From: a virus
Length of the DNA stretch: 43,253 nucleotides
Strand: one strand, 5' to 3'
IMG/VR virus record: IMGVR_UViG_3300028831_000428
Coordinates: 1 to 43,253 of that record
The notes under the pieces are model-generated. The model worked only from the letters and a program-made list of their open reading frames with translations, had not been told where the DNA came from and did no database searches. Both the position numbers and the translations under genes were made by a program. Below, in pieces: positions 30,772 to 39,601 of this stretch. Positions within the stretch are counted from its first letter, which is position 1. Every line of letters starts with the position of its first letter.

Positions 30772-30986
30772 TGAACAAGTGTCGATACTGCCACGGAGAT
30801 TACGCGAACCCGTTCAAGATGGTCTATTCACCTCTCTGGTTCGCTTGGCGACCAGTGAAGACGGATCAAGGTGTCGCATTTCTTAAGAGAGTCCACAAGA
30901 GTACGGCGGTAGGTCTGGGCGGAAATCTTGTGAGCACGTATCCTGTATTCTGGAGCGAATATCATGAGTGCGAGGCCGAGTCGTGA
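30768..30986 (+). CDS. Hypothetical Cys/His-containing protein
   Basis: 72 aa with CRYCH...HECE. Confidence 0.55.
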   Translation: MMNKCRYCHGDYANPFKMVYSPLWFAWRPVKTDQGVAFLKRVHKSTAVGLGGNLVSTYPVFWSEYHECEAES

Positions 30987-31252
30987 CTAGCGAAGAACTA
31001 AATGAACAAATCAAAGCCCTAAGATTCGGCGAGTTTCACATAAGTGAACACGGCATTGCTTGTTGGTCTATTCCAGATGCGGACATTCCGAAAGTCAAGC
31101 AACTCATATCCGATGTAGTAGAAGAGCTGTTGCCCGACGAGTGTCCTCATTATCATGAGGATGGTAGCAAATGCGACCTCTGTATAGGCAAAATCGGCTG
31201 GGATATAGTTCTCGACACCATCCGTACTAATAAAGCTAAGCTGGGGCTATGA
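30983..31252 (+). CDS. Hypothetical protein
   Basis: GTG 30983 overlaps the upstream stop (GTGA). The track uses GTG 30968. Confidence 0.5.
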   Translation: MTSEELNEQIKALRFGEFHISEHGIACWSIPDADIPKVKQLISDVVEELLPDECPHYHEDGSKCDLCIGKIGWDIVLDTIRTNKAKLGL

Positions 31253-31803
31253 TGAAACACTGTGCTCGTTGCAATCGACTCAAGCCATTGGACGAATTCC
31301 CTTTGAGCCGCGGGAAGCCACGCTCTTACTGCCGCGTATGTTGGCGTGTATATAGGAAAGCTGCGAATGCGCTTTACAGAGCGAGGCACCCTGAATCGAA
31401 CCTAAGGCTGTTGAATAACCGGCTATTCGGTAGGGGGCAAAGAGAGCTTGTGATCAAACGCGACGGTGAGAGGTGCGTGATGTGCGGGATGACTCGCGCC
31501 GAGCATCGCAGCAGACACAATAGAGATATCACTGTCGATCATATCGATGGCAACGGCATCGGTAAGCCCGTCAGCCAGAAGAACAACGATTTGAGCAATC
31601 TCCAGACCCTCTGTCTCCCATGTCATCTTAGAAAAGACAACAAGATGCGGCGAGATGCTAGGCTGGCCTGCAAGCACGGGCACCCTTATACGGAAGCGAG
31701 CGTCTACCTATACAAGGGGTCAAAGATATGCAGAGAGTGTAATAGATTGCGTGTCGCGAAATTTAAAGAATGCCGCCCTATGCCGCTATTGGGGGAGTTA
31801 TGA
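31249..31803 (+). CDS. HNH endonuclease (terminase-associated type?)
   Basis: CVMCG...VDHIDGNG...NLQTLCLPCH, flanked by extra CxxC fingers. Confidence 0.8.
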   Translation: MMKHCARCNRLKPLDEFPLSRGKPRSYCRVCWRVYRKAANALYRARHPESNLRLLNNRLFGRGQRELVIKRDGERCVMCGMTRAEHRSRHNRDITVDHIDGNGIGKPVSQKNNDLSNLQTLCLPCHLRKDNKMRRDARLACKHGHPYTEASVYLYKGSKICRECNRLRVAKFKECRPMPLLGEL

Positions 31804-32201
31804 CCCAAGCTGAGAAAAGAGCCGTCTTAACCCTTGACTTATGGCCAGAGTATCTAGAGTTTGTAGCCACAGAGAATCGGAAGATCAGGCGGCGTAATGA
31901 TAAGGCTTGGGCTGAGAGTAAAGAGTATAGCGATAGCTACACTAAGCGGGTGGAAAAAGAGAATGTTGAGATCGAACGCCGCAATGAAGAGAATCGCAGG
32001 CGGTTTGAGGAGAAGACCAGAGCTTGGGACGCCCAACCCTTGCATAAAAGGATGCTTGGTGATGAGCGCCCTTGGATCGGACCACACCGCATACCTACCC
32101 GTTCGGCTATCGGCTGGGTATTCCCCATGCTTGAACCAGAAAAGGAACCGTCAATAGAGGAGTTTTTGACATGGCAGACAAAACGCAAGCTGAGAAACTA
32201 G
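31800..32201 (+). CDS. Hypothetical Arg/Glu-rich protein
   Basis: ATG 31800 overlaps the HNH stop (ATGA). The track starts at 31770. Confidence 0.55.
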   Translation: MTQAEKRAVLTLDLWPEYLEFVATENRKIRRRNDKAWAESKEYSDSYTKRVEKENVEIERRNEENRRRFEEKTRAWDAQPLHKRMLGDERPWIGPHRIPTRSAIGWVFPMLEPEKEPSIEEFLTWQTKRKLRN

Positions 32202-32569
32202 AAACACTAGTGCGCGAGGCTACAGAAAAGGGCTGCAATAAAGCTGGCTCATTGAGCATGGACGGCTGGCTGGTCGCGATACGTGACTACCCAAACGATG
32301 TTGATTGGAATGCCCTGATCTTCAACCACGACTTTGCCCGTGCTTTGTTTGGGAACTTTCCGACCTATGTTCACGATGGCTACATGCGATTCGATAAAGG
32401 CGAAGAAGTACAGAGTTGGCTAGGTAGATCGAGTAAAGCGTTGAAGGATGAGGAGTTCACTACGGGGGCCTTGAGTTACTCAAGCTGGCAGTACCATGTC
32501 ATGCAAGCCCTAATAGCCGATGATCCGATTGGGTATATGTATGAGGCGGTGTTTGGTGGGGGTCACTAG
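32171..32569 (+). CDS. Hypothetical protein
   Basis: 132 aa with SD GAGGAG. Confidence 0.6.
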   Translation: MADKTQAEKLETLVREATEKGCNKAGSLSMDGWLVAIRDYPNDVDWNALIFNHDFARALFGNFPTYVHDGYMRFDKGEEVQSWLGRSSKALKDEEFTTGALSYSSWQYHVMQALIADDPIGYMYEAVFGGGH

Positions 32570-32596
32570 CTTTCTCTCCAGAGGCGGATATACAAA

Positions 32597-32626
32597 AGCC
32601 TAGCTAAAATAGAACAAAAATAGTAC
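32597..32626 (-). promoter_or_regulatory. 30-nt promoter/operator block, minus orientation
   Basis: The reverse complement GTACTATTTTTGTTCTATTTTAGCTAGGCT matches 38490-38519 at 24 of 30 positions. Confidence 0.4.
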
Positions 32627-32680
32627 AATTAGGGCAACAGCGGATATTCCCCATAGATTAATTTCTAATGGGGAATTTTC
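32624..32680 (+). promoter_or_regulatory. Late promoter plus leader hairpin module, copy C (portal)
   Basis: TACAAT (32624-32629), then 6 nt, then AACAGCGG (32636-32643). Stem ATTCCCCAT (32646-32654) / ATGGGGAAT (32668-32676), then TTTC and TTG at 32681. Confidence 0.6.
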
Positions 32681-34768
32681 TTGTCTAGCCCATACTCGAA
32701 TACTCAGAACGCATACGAACCGCTGTTTAGCGAGACGTATTTGCCTGATGAAGAATATGAGCTGTTTAATTTGTCGATGCCGGATGACCGGTTGCAGAAG
32801 ATGTTGATTGATTCGCTGGACTTGAATGTCCAATATTGGAATCAGAAGCCTTGGAACTTGCAGCAAGTCGATAAAGAGAACGTCAACTTCTTGCTGGGTG
32901 ATCAACTGGAGGATATTAAGTTCCTGCAGGATGATGCGAAGTACAAGGACAACCGATTGTTTGCCTCGATCCGGGCGATTTTGAGCTATGCGACGGGTCA
33001 ATTGGCTGTGCCGGAGCTGACACCGAGCCGGGGGGATGAGATTTATTTGAAGGGCGCGCGGGATTTGCAGAGTGCGTTATATCAACACTCAGCAGACGAG
33101 AAGGTAGAGGCCAAGACGCGGGCGGCGGTGTTGAATCTGATCACTCGTAAGCGGGGGTATCTGAAAATGCGCTGGGATCCGAACGCGGGAATGTATGGGG
33201 ATGTTGTGACTGAGGTGTGCAACCCTGAGGACATTATTGTCGACCGTTATGCGCCGTATTTGGGCAATCCGAATGTGATTTATCACCGTGTGCGCTGTTC
33301 GATTGATGAGTTGATCGCTCGGTTCCCCAAGAAAGCTAACGATATTCGGGTCGCTTACTCGATCAAACAGGGTCGCTACACGCAAATGGCGCGGTTTGTG
33401 ACGTACTTTGAGGCCTGGTTCACCTATATGGAGAAGAATGTGCCGAAAGAGGGCGTGGCGTGGTTCGTACCGGAGTATAAACTGATCCTTGATAAGATGC
33501 CCAACCCGAACTGGGTGTACACGGGTGATGACAAGAAGGACAAGATGACGAATGTGCTGCAGCGGCCACCAAAGCCGTTTGTGGCCTTTAACTACATCAA
33601 CTTGGGGCATTCGTACATTGACGAGACGTGTCTGTTCGAGCAAGCCCGGCCGCTGCAAGAGATGCTGAACCGGCGCGGGCGGCAGATCTGGGAAAATGCG
33701 GACTATGTGAATGGACGGTGGGTGGCTAGCAAAGACTCGTTTTCGACTGAAGATGCCTACAAGATTGTTAATAAAGGCGCGAAGACGATCGCCATGGCTA
33801 AGGGGTCAGACGTGAGTAAGGCGCTGGTCAATGTTAACTCACCTGAGCTGCCAGCATATGTCTACAACACTCTGCTGGACACCCGCAATGAGATTGATGT
33901 CATGATGGGCACGCCGTCGCAGTTCCGGGGTGCGTCGCCCGACAAGCAGGATACTTTGGGTCGTGACATGATGGTCAAACAGCAAGCCGGGATGCTACAA
34001 GACGACCTAGTAAAGTGCGTGTCGACCAGCATGGAGGAGTATTACAAGATCAAACTCCAGATGATGCGGGTGTATTACACCGATGACTATTGGTTCCAGT
34101 GTAAGGGTGCGGATGGTAAGTATGAATTTATCATGATCAATGGGGATAATATTGACTCGAACGTGAAGGTCGGGGTACAGGTTGACTCGACACTGCCTCT
34201 GGATAAGCAACAGATCCGGGCGACTGCGTTGCAACTATGGCAAGCTGGGCAGTCCATTGACTACCGTACGCTAATGGATGATCTGGGTCTGCCCAATCCT
34301 GACATGCGGGCTGAGCGCTACATGAAGAGCAAGCTCGATCCGGCGGCCTACACCAAGTCTATCGAACTGTCACAGATTAACACTGAGGCAGAGGCTGACA
34401 TCAAGTTGCTGACCCAGAATAAGGTGCCTGAAGAGCGCGATGAGTATAGTGCGGATTACCTGAACTACTTTAACAAGTATATAGCGTCGAACCGCTTTGC
34501 CAAGTTGCAGGGCGAGGACGCCGAAGCGGCGCAACGTATTACGGCCTTCCTGATGACAGTCCAGCACGTCGCCAACGACAGCGCTAACCTACAAGAATTA
34601 ATCCTGGACGACGCGGGCATGATCCCGATGCCATCACCGCAACCTGTGCCTCCGGGTGCGCCTGGAGATATGGGCAGTCAGCCACAGCCCGGCGGATTAC
34701 CACCTGTGCCCGGTAGTCCCGTAGGCGCCCCACCAGTTCAATCAAGCCCACCAGTACCAACGCAATAA
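32681..34768 (+). CDS. Portal protein
   Basis: 695 aa, upstream of the scaffold and capsid genes. TTG start at the position equivalent to the ATG of copies B and G. Pro-rich C-terminal tail. Confidence 0.75.
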   Translation: MSSPYSNTQNAYEPLFSETYLPDEEYELFNLSMPDDRLQKMLIDSLDLNVQYWNQKPWNLQQVDKENVNFLLGDQLEDIKFLQDDAKYKDNRLFASIRAILSYATGQLAVPELTPSRGDEIYLKGARDLQSALYQHSADEKVEAKTRAAVLNLITRKRGYLKMRWDPNAGMYGDVVTEVCNPEDIIVDRYAPYLGNPNVIYHRVRCSIDELIARFPKKANDIRVAYSIKQGRYTQMARFVTYFEAWFTYMEKNVPKEGVAWFVPEYKLILDKMPNPNWVYTGDDKKDKMTNVLQRPPKPFVAFNYINLGHSYIDETCLFEQARPLQEMLNRRGRQIWENADYVNGRWVASKDSFSTEDAYKIVNKGAKTIAMAKGSDVSKALVNVNSPELPAYVYNTLLDTRNEIDVMMGTPSQFRGASPDKQDTLGRDMMVKQQAGMLQDDLVKCVSTSMEEYYKIKLQMMRVYYTDDYWFQCKGADGKYEFIMINGDNIDSNVKVGVQVDSTLPLDKQQIRATALQLWQAGQSIDYRTLMDDLGLPNPDMRAERYMKSKLDPAAYTKSIELSQINTEAEADIKLLTQNKVPEERDEYSADYLNYFNKYIASNRFAKLQGEDAEAAQRITAFLMTVQHVANDSANLQELILDDAGMIPMPSPQPVPPGAPGDMGSQPQPGGLPPVPGSPVGAPPVQSSPPVPTQ

Positions 34769-34779
34769 AAGGAGAGAAT

Positions 34780-35688
34780 ATGGCAGACAACAATCAGTCA
34801 CAAAAAACCGAACTTAAGGGTCACGTGCTGACCGCTGACGAGCTAAATGAATGGGGCAATGGTGTGCAGATCATTGAGCCGGGTCTCAAGGGTGAGGATG
34901 GCGGCGAACTGCGACCGGCTACCGTCGAAGAGGCAGAGGATGATCCCAAAGAACCAGCCGAACCTGTTGAAGAATACGACGAGCCCGAGCCAGTTGTGAC
35001 AGCCGAAGACCCAGGCGAATACCAACCGCAGGACTACTCGTTCGAAGTAACTGTGTACGACGACGAGGACAAGAACGGCAAATCGGTCAAGATCAAATCG
35101 GTCGATGACTGGGATGAGCTGCTGGACAAGGACGCTAACTTTGGCACGTCATCTGCATTATTGAAAGCTCAGAGACTGGCTACCAAGATGGAGTCGAACC
35201 AGGAGCGCGATAGGGCTGCCTGGGAAGAGAAAAAAAAGACTTATGACGCACAGGTCGGTACTCAGGCTGAGCGCGAAGAGGCGACGAACCGGATTGCGGC
35301 TGAGATTAACTATCTGGTTGCTAAAGGTAAGTTGCCCAAAGTTTCTGCTGAGCTAGCCAACGCTGACTGGCGTGACCATGAAGTGGCCAAGCAACCTGGC
35401 GTCAAAGAACAGATCGAGCTGATCGATTACATGACAAAGGAGAATGCTGCACGCAAGAAGGCTGGCATCCAACCGCTAACGTCGGCCATTGATGCGTACA
35501 ACGGATTGATGCTCGAACAGCGCGAGAAGAAGGCTAACGATGTCAAGACACAGGCTGCTGAGGCACGCAAAACAGCTGGTGCACGAGTGGCGGGGACATC
35601 TCCGGCGCCGATTAGTAACGCACCGAAGGGCATTGCGGTCGGACGTGGTGGCAGTCTGCGTGACATGAACTCGGGCTGGGGGTTCTAG
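34780..35688 (+). CDS. Scaffolding protein
   Basis: Lies between portal and capsid. Acidic N-terminus, long helical Lys/Glu/Ala-rich region, 302 aa. Confidence 0.65.
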   Translation: MADNNQSQKTELKGHVLTADELNEWGNGVQIIEPGLKGEDGGELRPATVEEAEDDPKEPAEPVEEYDEPEPVVTAEDPGEYQPQDYSFEVTVYDDEDKNGKSVKIKSVDDWDELLDKDANFGTSSALLKAQRLATKMESNQERDRAAWEEKKKTYDAQVGTQAEREEATNRIAAEINYLVAKGKLPKVSAELANADWRDHEVAKQPGVKEQIELIDYMTKENAARKKAGIQPLTSAIDAYNGLMLEQREKKANDVKTQAAEARKTAGARVAGTSPAPISNAPKGIAVGRGGSLRDMNSGWGF

Positions 35689-35691
35689 GCT

Positions 35692-35777
35692 GTTCTATAT
35701 TTGTTCTTGACTTGCCATCGGAACTATCAGATAATGTAGCTAACGGCATTCCCTAACTAACCAGTTAGGGAATTTTC
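35692..35777 (+). promoter_or_regulatory. Capsid promoter plus leader hairpin module, copy D
   Basis: GTTCTATATTTGTTCT (35692-35707) abuts TTGACT (35707-12), then a 17-nt spacer and GATAAT (35730-35). After 6 nt comes AACGGC. Stem ATTCCCTAAC (35748-57) / GTTAGGGAAT (35764-73), then TTTC. Confidence 0.65.
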
Positions 35778-35814
35778 TTAGGCAGACTTTCCCTGGCGCT
35801 ATACAGGAGAAAGT

Positions 35815-36888
35815 ATGTCGCAAACAGCACAAAACGACAGAGTGAACAACATCACTCTCGAAGATATCAATGCGAAAGTTGTTGACACCGTCAACCGCTC
35901 GAGCGAAATCATGAAGCGCGTTGTCAGTCGCCCAGAGCGCTGGAATGGCCGTAGCTATCAGAGTCCGATCTTTGTTAACAATTCGAGCCTTGGGCAGAGC
36001 TTTAAGGGTGTTGAGACATTTGATACTTCTATCGACATGAACACGGTCAACATGACCTGGTACCCAACTGGCTACGCACAGCCGGTCGGTATCTCGGTTG
36101 TCGAGCGCTCAATCAACGCAACCCCAGCGGGTGTGATTGATCTGTACAAGGTGTCTTACCAATACGCGCAGAACTCGATGGTCACTGCACTTGCCAATAT
36201 CTTTTACGGTGTGGGGAGTGGCAATGACTTTGACGGCTTGGCCTTGATCGTCGATGACGGAACAAGCACTTCGAGCTATGGCGGATTGACCCGTGCTACT
36301 TACCCAACGATCAACGGATTCCTGGTGAGCGCCTCTGGTGGTGTCCTCGACCTCGCAACTATGGCTTCGGCTGACGATGGTGCAACCATCTCGGGCGACA
36401 TGAGTGAAACGCCGAATGTCATCCTAACTAACCAAACTGTCTGGAGCTTATACGACAGCTTGCTCGAGCCTACCGTCCGTTCGACCTTCTCAGGTCTGGG
36501 TGGTGAGTTCATCGATGGCTCAACAGCTGTCAAACAGGCTCCAAGCGCCGGTGATGGCTTCAGCTTGAACGCTGGTGCAACCTCTACTCGTTTCCGCGCA
36601 AAACCGCTTGTCCGCGACCAGAAGAGCCCGACGGGTAAAATGTGGTTCCTGAACGAAGACTGGTTCCACTTCCGCAGCCTGCCGTTGGTTGGTCTGAACA
36701 TTGTTGCAACAACTGAGAGCGTTACGGCTGGTGCCTATGATAACTACAAAGTCAGCGCCTTCCAGTTCCGCGAGTTCATGAGTCCTGTCAACGCGCTGAG
36801 CGAGGTCGGCATCTTTGTGATGTATGGCAACTTCTACTGCGAGAACCCTAACCGTAACGCTCTGATTAGCGGCATCACCACGACTTAA
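35815..36888 (+). CDS. Major capsid protein
   Basis: 357 aa immediately after the scaffold, with the strongest promoter and SD AGGAGA. The call is positional. Confidence 0.75.
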   Translation: MSQTAQNDRVNNITLEDINAKVVDTVNRSSEIMKRVVSRPERWNGRSYQSPIFVNNSSLGQSFKGVETFDTSIDMNTVNMTWYPTGYAQPVGISVVERSINATPAGVIDLYKVSYQYAQNSMVTALANIFYGVGSGNDFDGLALIVDDGTSTSSYGGLTRATYPTINGFLVSASGGVLDLATMASADDGATISGDMSETPNVILTNQTVWSLYDSLLEPTVRSTFSGLGGEFIDGSTAVKQAPSAGDGFSLNAGATSTRFRAKPLVRDQKSPTGKMWFLNEDWFHFRSLPLVGLNIVATTESVTAGAYDNYKVSAFQFREFMSPVNALSEVGIFVMYGNFYCENPNRNALISGITTT

Positions 36889-36914
36889 ATAGAAAGGAAT
36901 ATGGAGGAACAATT

Positions 36915-37652
36915 ATGTTAGCGGGAAGAATGCAGATCTTTGACCAAGATGCACGCACAGTATCAAGTTCTCAGGGTGCAGCTGCTTTGGGGCAAGTAGC
37001 AGACACCGACGATGGTCGTCGGTTCCGATATGGTAAGGCTGGTGCAGTTGCCCTTGCCCCCGGTAAGATGAACGACGGCGCCCTAGTTGTCGCCAACCAC
37101 GTCAACTTAGTAACTGCCGCCGCAGCGGCTGTCGGCGACACGACCGTCACGATCACCTTGGCCGGTACGGCTGCTACCCTGGACCAGTACGCCGGCGGGA
37201 TGCTGTGGTGTAACGCCACATCAACCGGCCTTGGTATTGGCTACTTGGTCAAAGGGAACCCAGCCCAGACCAGCACGACTGGAAACCTGACATTGACGCT
37301 GGTCGAACCGATCCAGGTAGCAATTACAACTTCTACTAAGACAAGTTTGTTCCCAGCGCTTTATAGTGGCGCAACGCTTACTCCATCTGCTGCCACGGCT
37401 GGTGGTCCCCCGATCGGTGTCTTTACCGGGTCAAGCCTGCCAATTGCCAACTACGGTTGGTTCCAAGTTGGTGGTCCGTGCCCGCTGCTGTGTGACGCAA
37501 CCGTCTACACACTGGGCGAGGAAGTATCACAAGCCGCCTCTGGTGTCGCCGGTTCTGGCTCGTTGAAAGTTGCGACCTTGCCGACTTATGGTGTTGCCAT
37601 GCAGTTGGGCGTGTCTGGTCAGTACCAGTTGGTGAATTTGACGCTAAATTAA
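36915..37652 (+). CDS. Ala/Gly/Thr-rich head-associated protein (decoration or second capsid protein?)
   Basis: 245 aa directly after the capsid gene. Confidence 0.5.
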   Translation: MLAGRMQIFDQDARTVSSSQGAAALGQVADTDDGRRFRYGKAGAVALAPGKMNDGALVVANHVNLVTAAAAAVGDTTVTITLAGTAATLDQYAGGMLWCNATSTGLGIGYLVKGNPAQTSTTGNLTLTLVEPIQVAITTSTKTSLFPALYSGATLTPSAATAGGPPIGVFTGSSLPIANYGWFQVGGPCPLLCDATVYTLGEEVSQAASGVAGSGSLKVATLPTYGVAMQLGVSGQYQLVNLTLN

Positions 37653-37662
37653 GGAGGACCAA

Positions 37663-37911
37663 ATGAGCAAACACGTTAAAGTAAGGGTCGATCCAGTGGA
37701 AGAGAAATCTGCTGCCCCGGTTGCCCACGAGAAGCCAGTTGTGCGAGAAACAGACCCTGAGACAGAATACGTACACACACCTGGCACAGTTCACATCAAC
37801 GCCTACTACGGTGCTGTTGCGGAAGCAAAGTTGAAAGTGCAACAGGCTCAGAGTGAGCTGGATGCTGCTGAGCGGGCGCTGGAAGACAAAAAGCAAAGTA
37901 GTAGGGCGTAG
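37663..37911 (+). CDS. Small hypothetical protein
   Basis: 82 aa with SD AAGGAGG. Confidence 0.65.
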   Translation: MSKHVKVRVDPVEEKSAAPVAHEKPVVRETDPETEYVHTPGTVHINAYYGAVAEAKLKVQQAQSELDAAERALEDKKQSSRA

Positions 37912-37913
37912 TC

Positions 37914-38450
37914 ATGGCTAACTTGTACATTGAAAACTATGTCCCAGCAGTTAAAGAAGCGGGTGGCTTAAAGACTAAATTGCCGATGACACTTTCTGGT
38001 ACATCGGCAACGCTCGCAGTCGGTGGGACATTGGCTGTAACAGGTGTGGCGACGTTTACTGCGGCTCCAGTCTTTACGGCGGGGATCCCTACAGGCTCGT
38101 TTCTGCGTACCATCACTGACAGCGCCTTGGTTGGCGCCACAGTAGCGCTCACTGCTGCCCAGTCTGGTCAGGTGTTCAACAATCGATCAACCAGCGGTAG
38201 CCCATCATGGACGCTGCCAACGGCGGCTAATGGCCTGTGGTACACCTTCACGGTATCGGATGTCACCACTGGTTTCACGGTTACAGGTGGAACAATCAAA
38301 GCCAAGACTTCTGCCACAGGAACGGCCATCAGCGGCACGACCTTGACCAATACTCAAGGAACAGCTGTTGTCGGAGACACCATCACCCTAGTATGTGATG
38401 GTACGGTTTGGCGCATGGTTGCTCAATCTGGCATCTTTGCCGCAAGCTAG
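37914..38450 (+). CDS. Small fibre-like virion protein sharing an N-terminal docking motif with the tailspike
   Basis: MANLYIENYVPAVKEAGGL compared with MSLLIEQYIPVVKQVGL at 40960. Confidence 0.55.
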   Translation: MANLYIENYVPAVKEAGGLKTKLPMTLSGTSATLAVGGTLAVTGVATFTAAPVFTAGIPTGSFLRTITDSALVGATVALTAAQSGQVFNNRSTSGSPSWTLPTAANGLWYTFTVSDVTTGFTVTGGTIKAKTSATGTAISGTTLTNTQGTAVVGDTITLVCDGTVWRMVAQSGIFAAS

Positions 38451-38474
38451 TAACATACTGCTACATCGAATAGG

Positions 38475-38500
38475 CACCTAGCAATAGGTGTTCTATTTTT
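38475..38500 (+). terminator. Intrinsic terminator
   Basis: CACCTA-GCAA-TAGGTG (38475-38490), followed by TTCTATTTTT. Confidence 0.55.
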
Positions 38501-38519
38501 GTTCTGTTTATGCTATACT
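38490..38519 (+). promoter_or_regulatory. 30-nt promoter/operator block with an extended -10
   Basis: GTTCTATTTTTGTTCTGTTTATGCTATACT. TGC-TATACT lies at 38511-38519. Confidence 0.5.
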
Positions 38520-38527
38520 CCTCACAT

Positions 38528-38761
38528 ATGGACGTGGTAGATCTTGTAAAAAAGCGGGACGAAACTGAAGCTAGATTTAATGCTCTGCAGAAGCAGAAGA
38601 CCGATATTGAGACCGAGCTGAGCCGACTACAAGGCGAGTACCGAGTATATAATGGGCTGATCGAGGAGGCAGAGATCGCCAAACAGCCTGATCCAGCCTC
38701 TGTTATAGATGCTGAGAAATCATTAAACCAAGAGAGCGAGGATAGGGATGGATCAAAGTAA
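38528..38761 (+). CDS. Coiled-coil small protein (track start 38510)
   Basis: ATG 38510 lies inside the putative -10 region. ATG 38528 is 9 nt after it and would be leaderless. Start unresolved. Confidence 0.5.
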   Translation: MDVVDLVKKRDETEARFNALQKQKTDIETELSRLQGEYRVYNGLIEEAEIAKQPDPASVIDAEKSLNQESEDRDGSK

Positions 38762-39395
38762 CAAGGCGGCTGGTCCTGGAGCAATTGTTGAGAATACCGC
38801 CGAGCCTGGCTCGACTCTGGATGGTGCGAGCGAGTACGAGTATGTGACAATCTTTAATCCACTAAGTGTTGATTTTGTCGGGCAGGTTGGGCAAAGCAAG
38901 CCTGTCAATGTACCATTCCAGATTCGACGGGATCAACATACAGCTGTTGTGAGCACAAGCGAAGCCGCTGTGCAGCAAAATTATGGTCTGTCACTCAAGA
39001 ACAAGGACCATGCAGCCAAGATGCCAATTGTCAACCGCATCGTGATTCCCAGTGGCCAGATGCGGAATATCCTCGGCAATGAGGCACAGGTGATTGTGCG
39101 GCAATTAGTGAACGAGATACTGCAACGTGAAGGTAACAAACTACATTTAGCTGATCCACATCAACGGCGATTGGTTGAAGCACGGGTAATTCGGACACGT
39201 AAAAGTGTCGAAGAGATACTGGGAACAGCTCCGCAGGCAATAAGCGACCAATTGCAGGGGGCTATTGATAAATCAAATGAGCAGCAGGATGAGCAAGAGT
39301 TCCCTGATCTGGATAACACAGCTAAGGACCCTACGAATGGCGAACAGTCAACCAGACGTCGCAGCCAGCAGCCAAAAATCGCAGCTTCTTCGTGA
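38748..39395 (+). CDS. Hypothetical virion-module protein
   Basis: 215-aa ORF. Confidence 0.6.
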   Translation: MDQSNKAAGPGAIVENTAEPGSTLDGASEYEYVTIFNPLSVDFVGQVGQSKPVNVPFQIRRDQHTAVVSTSEAAVQQNYGLSLKNKDHAAKMPIVNRIVIPSGQMRNILGNEAQVIVRQLVNEILQREGNKLHLADPHQRRLVEARVIRTRKSVEEILGTAPQAISDQLQGAIDKSNEQQDEQEFPDLDNTAKDPTNGEQSTRRRSQQPKIAASS

Positions 39396-39594
39396 TATAG
39401 CAATATTGCAACAGAAGAAAGCCTCGCTCCAACGCGAATTATCGACTATGCGGCGAGAAGCTGAGGCTGAACGGGAAGATATCGCCAAGCGATGGTCTGA
39501 GATACATAGGTATGAGAGTTCTATTATGGAACGTGAGAGGAGAGTGTCACATAACGAGGATCTGGATGGCCATGCATCTTTATTAAATCTTTAG
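39337..39594 (+). CDS. Coiled-coil small protein (track start 39265)
   Basis: ATG 39337. Overlaps the previous gene by 59 nt. Doubtful. Confidence 0.4.
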   Translation: MANSQPDVAASSQKSQLLRDIAILQQKKASLQRELSTMRREAEAEREDIAKRWSEIHRYESSIMERERRVSHNEDLDGHASLLNL

Positions 39595-39601
39595 GATCAG
39601 G

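Noticed and set aside
32600-33001. 133-aa minus-strand ORF overlapping the portal 5' end and module C
   Set aside because: It is antisense to the portal start and the conserved leader hairpin. It is Gln/Ile/Leu-rich and probably a shadow frame.
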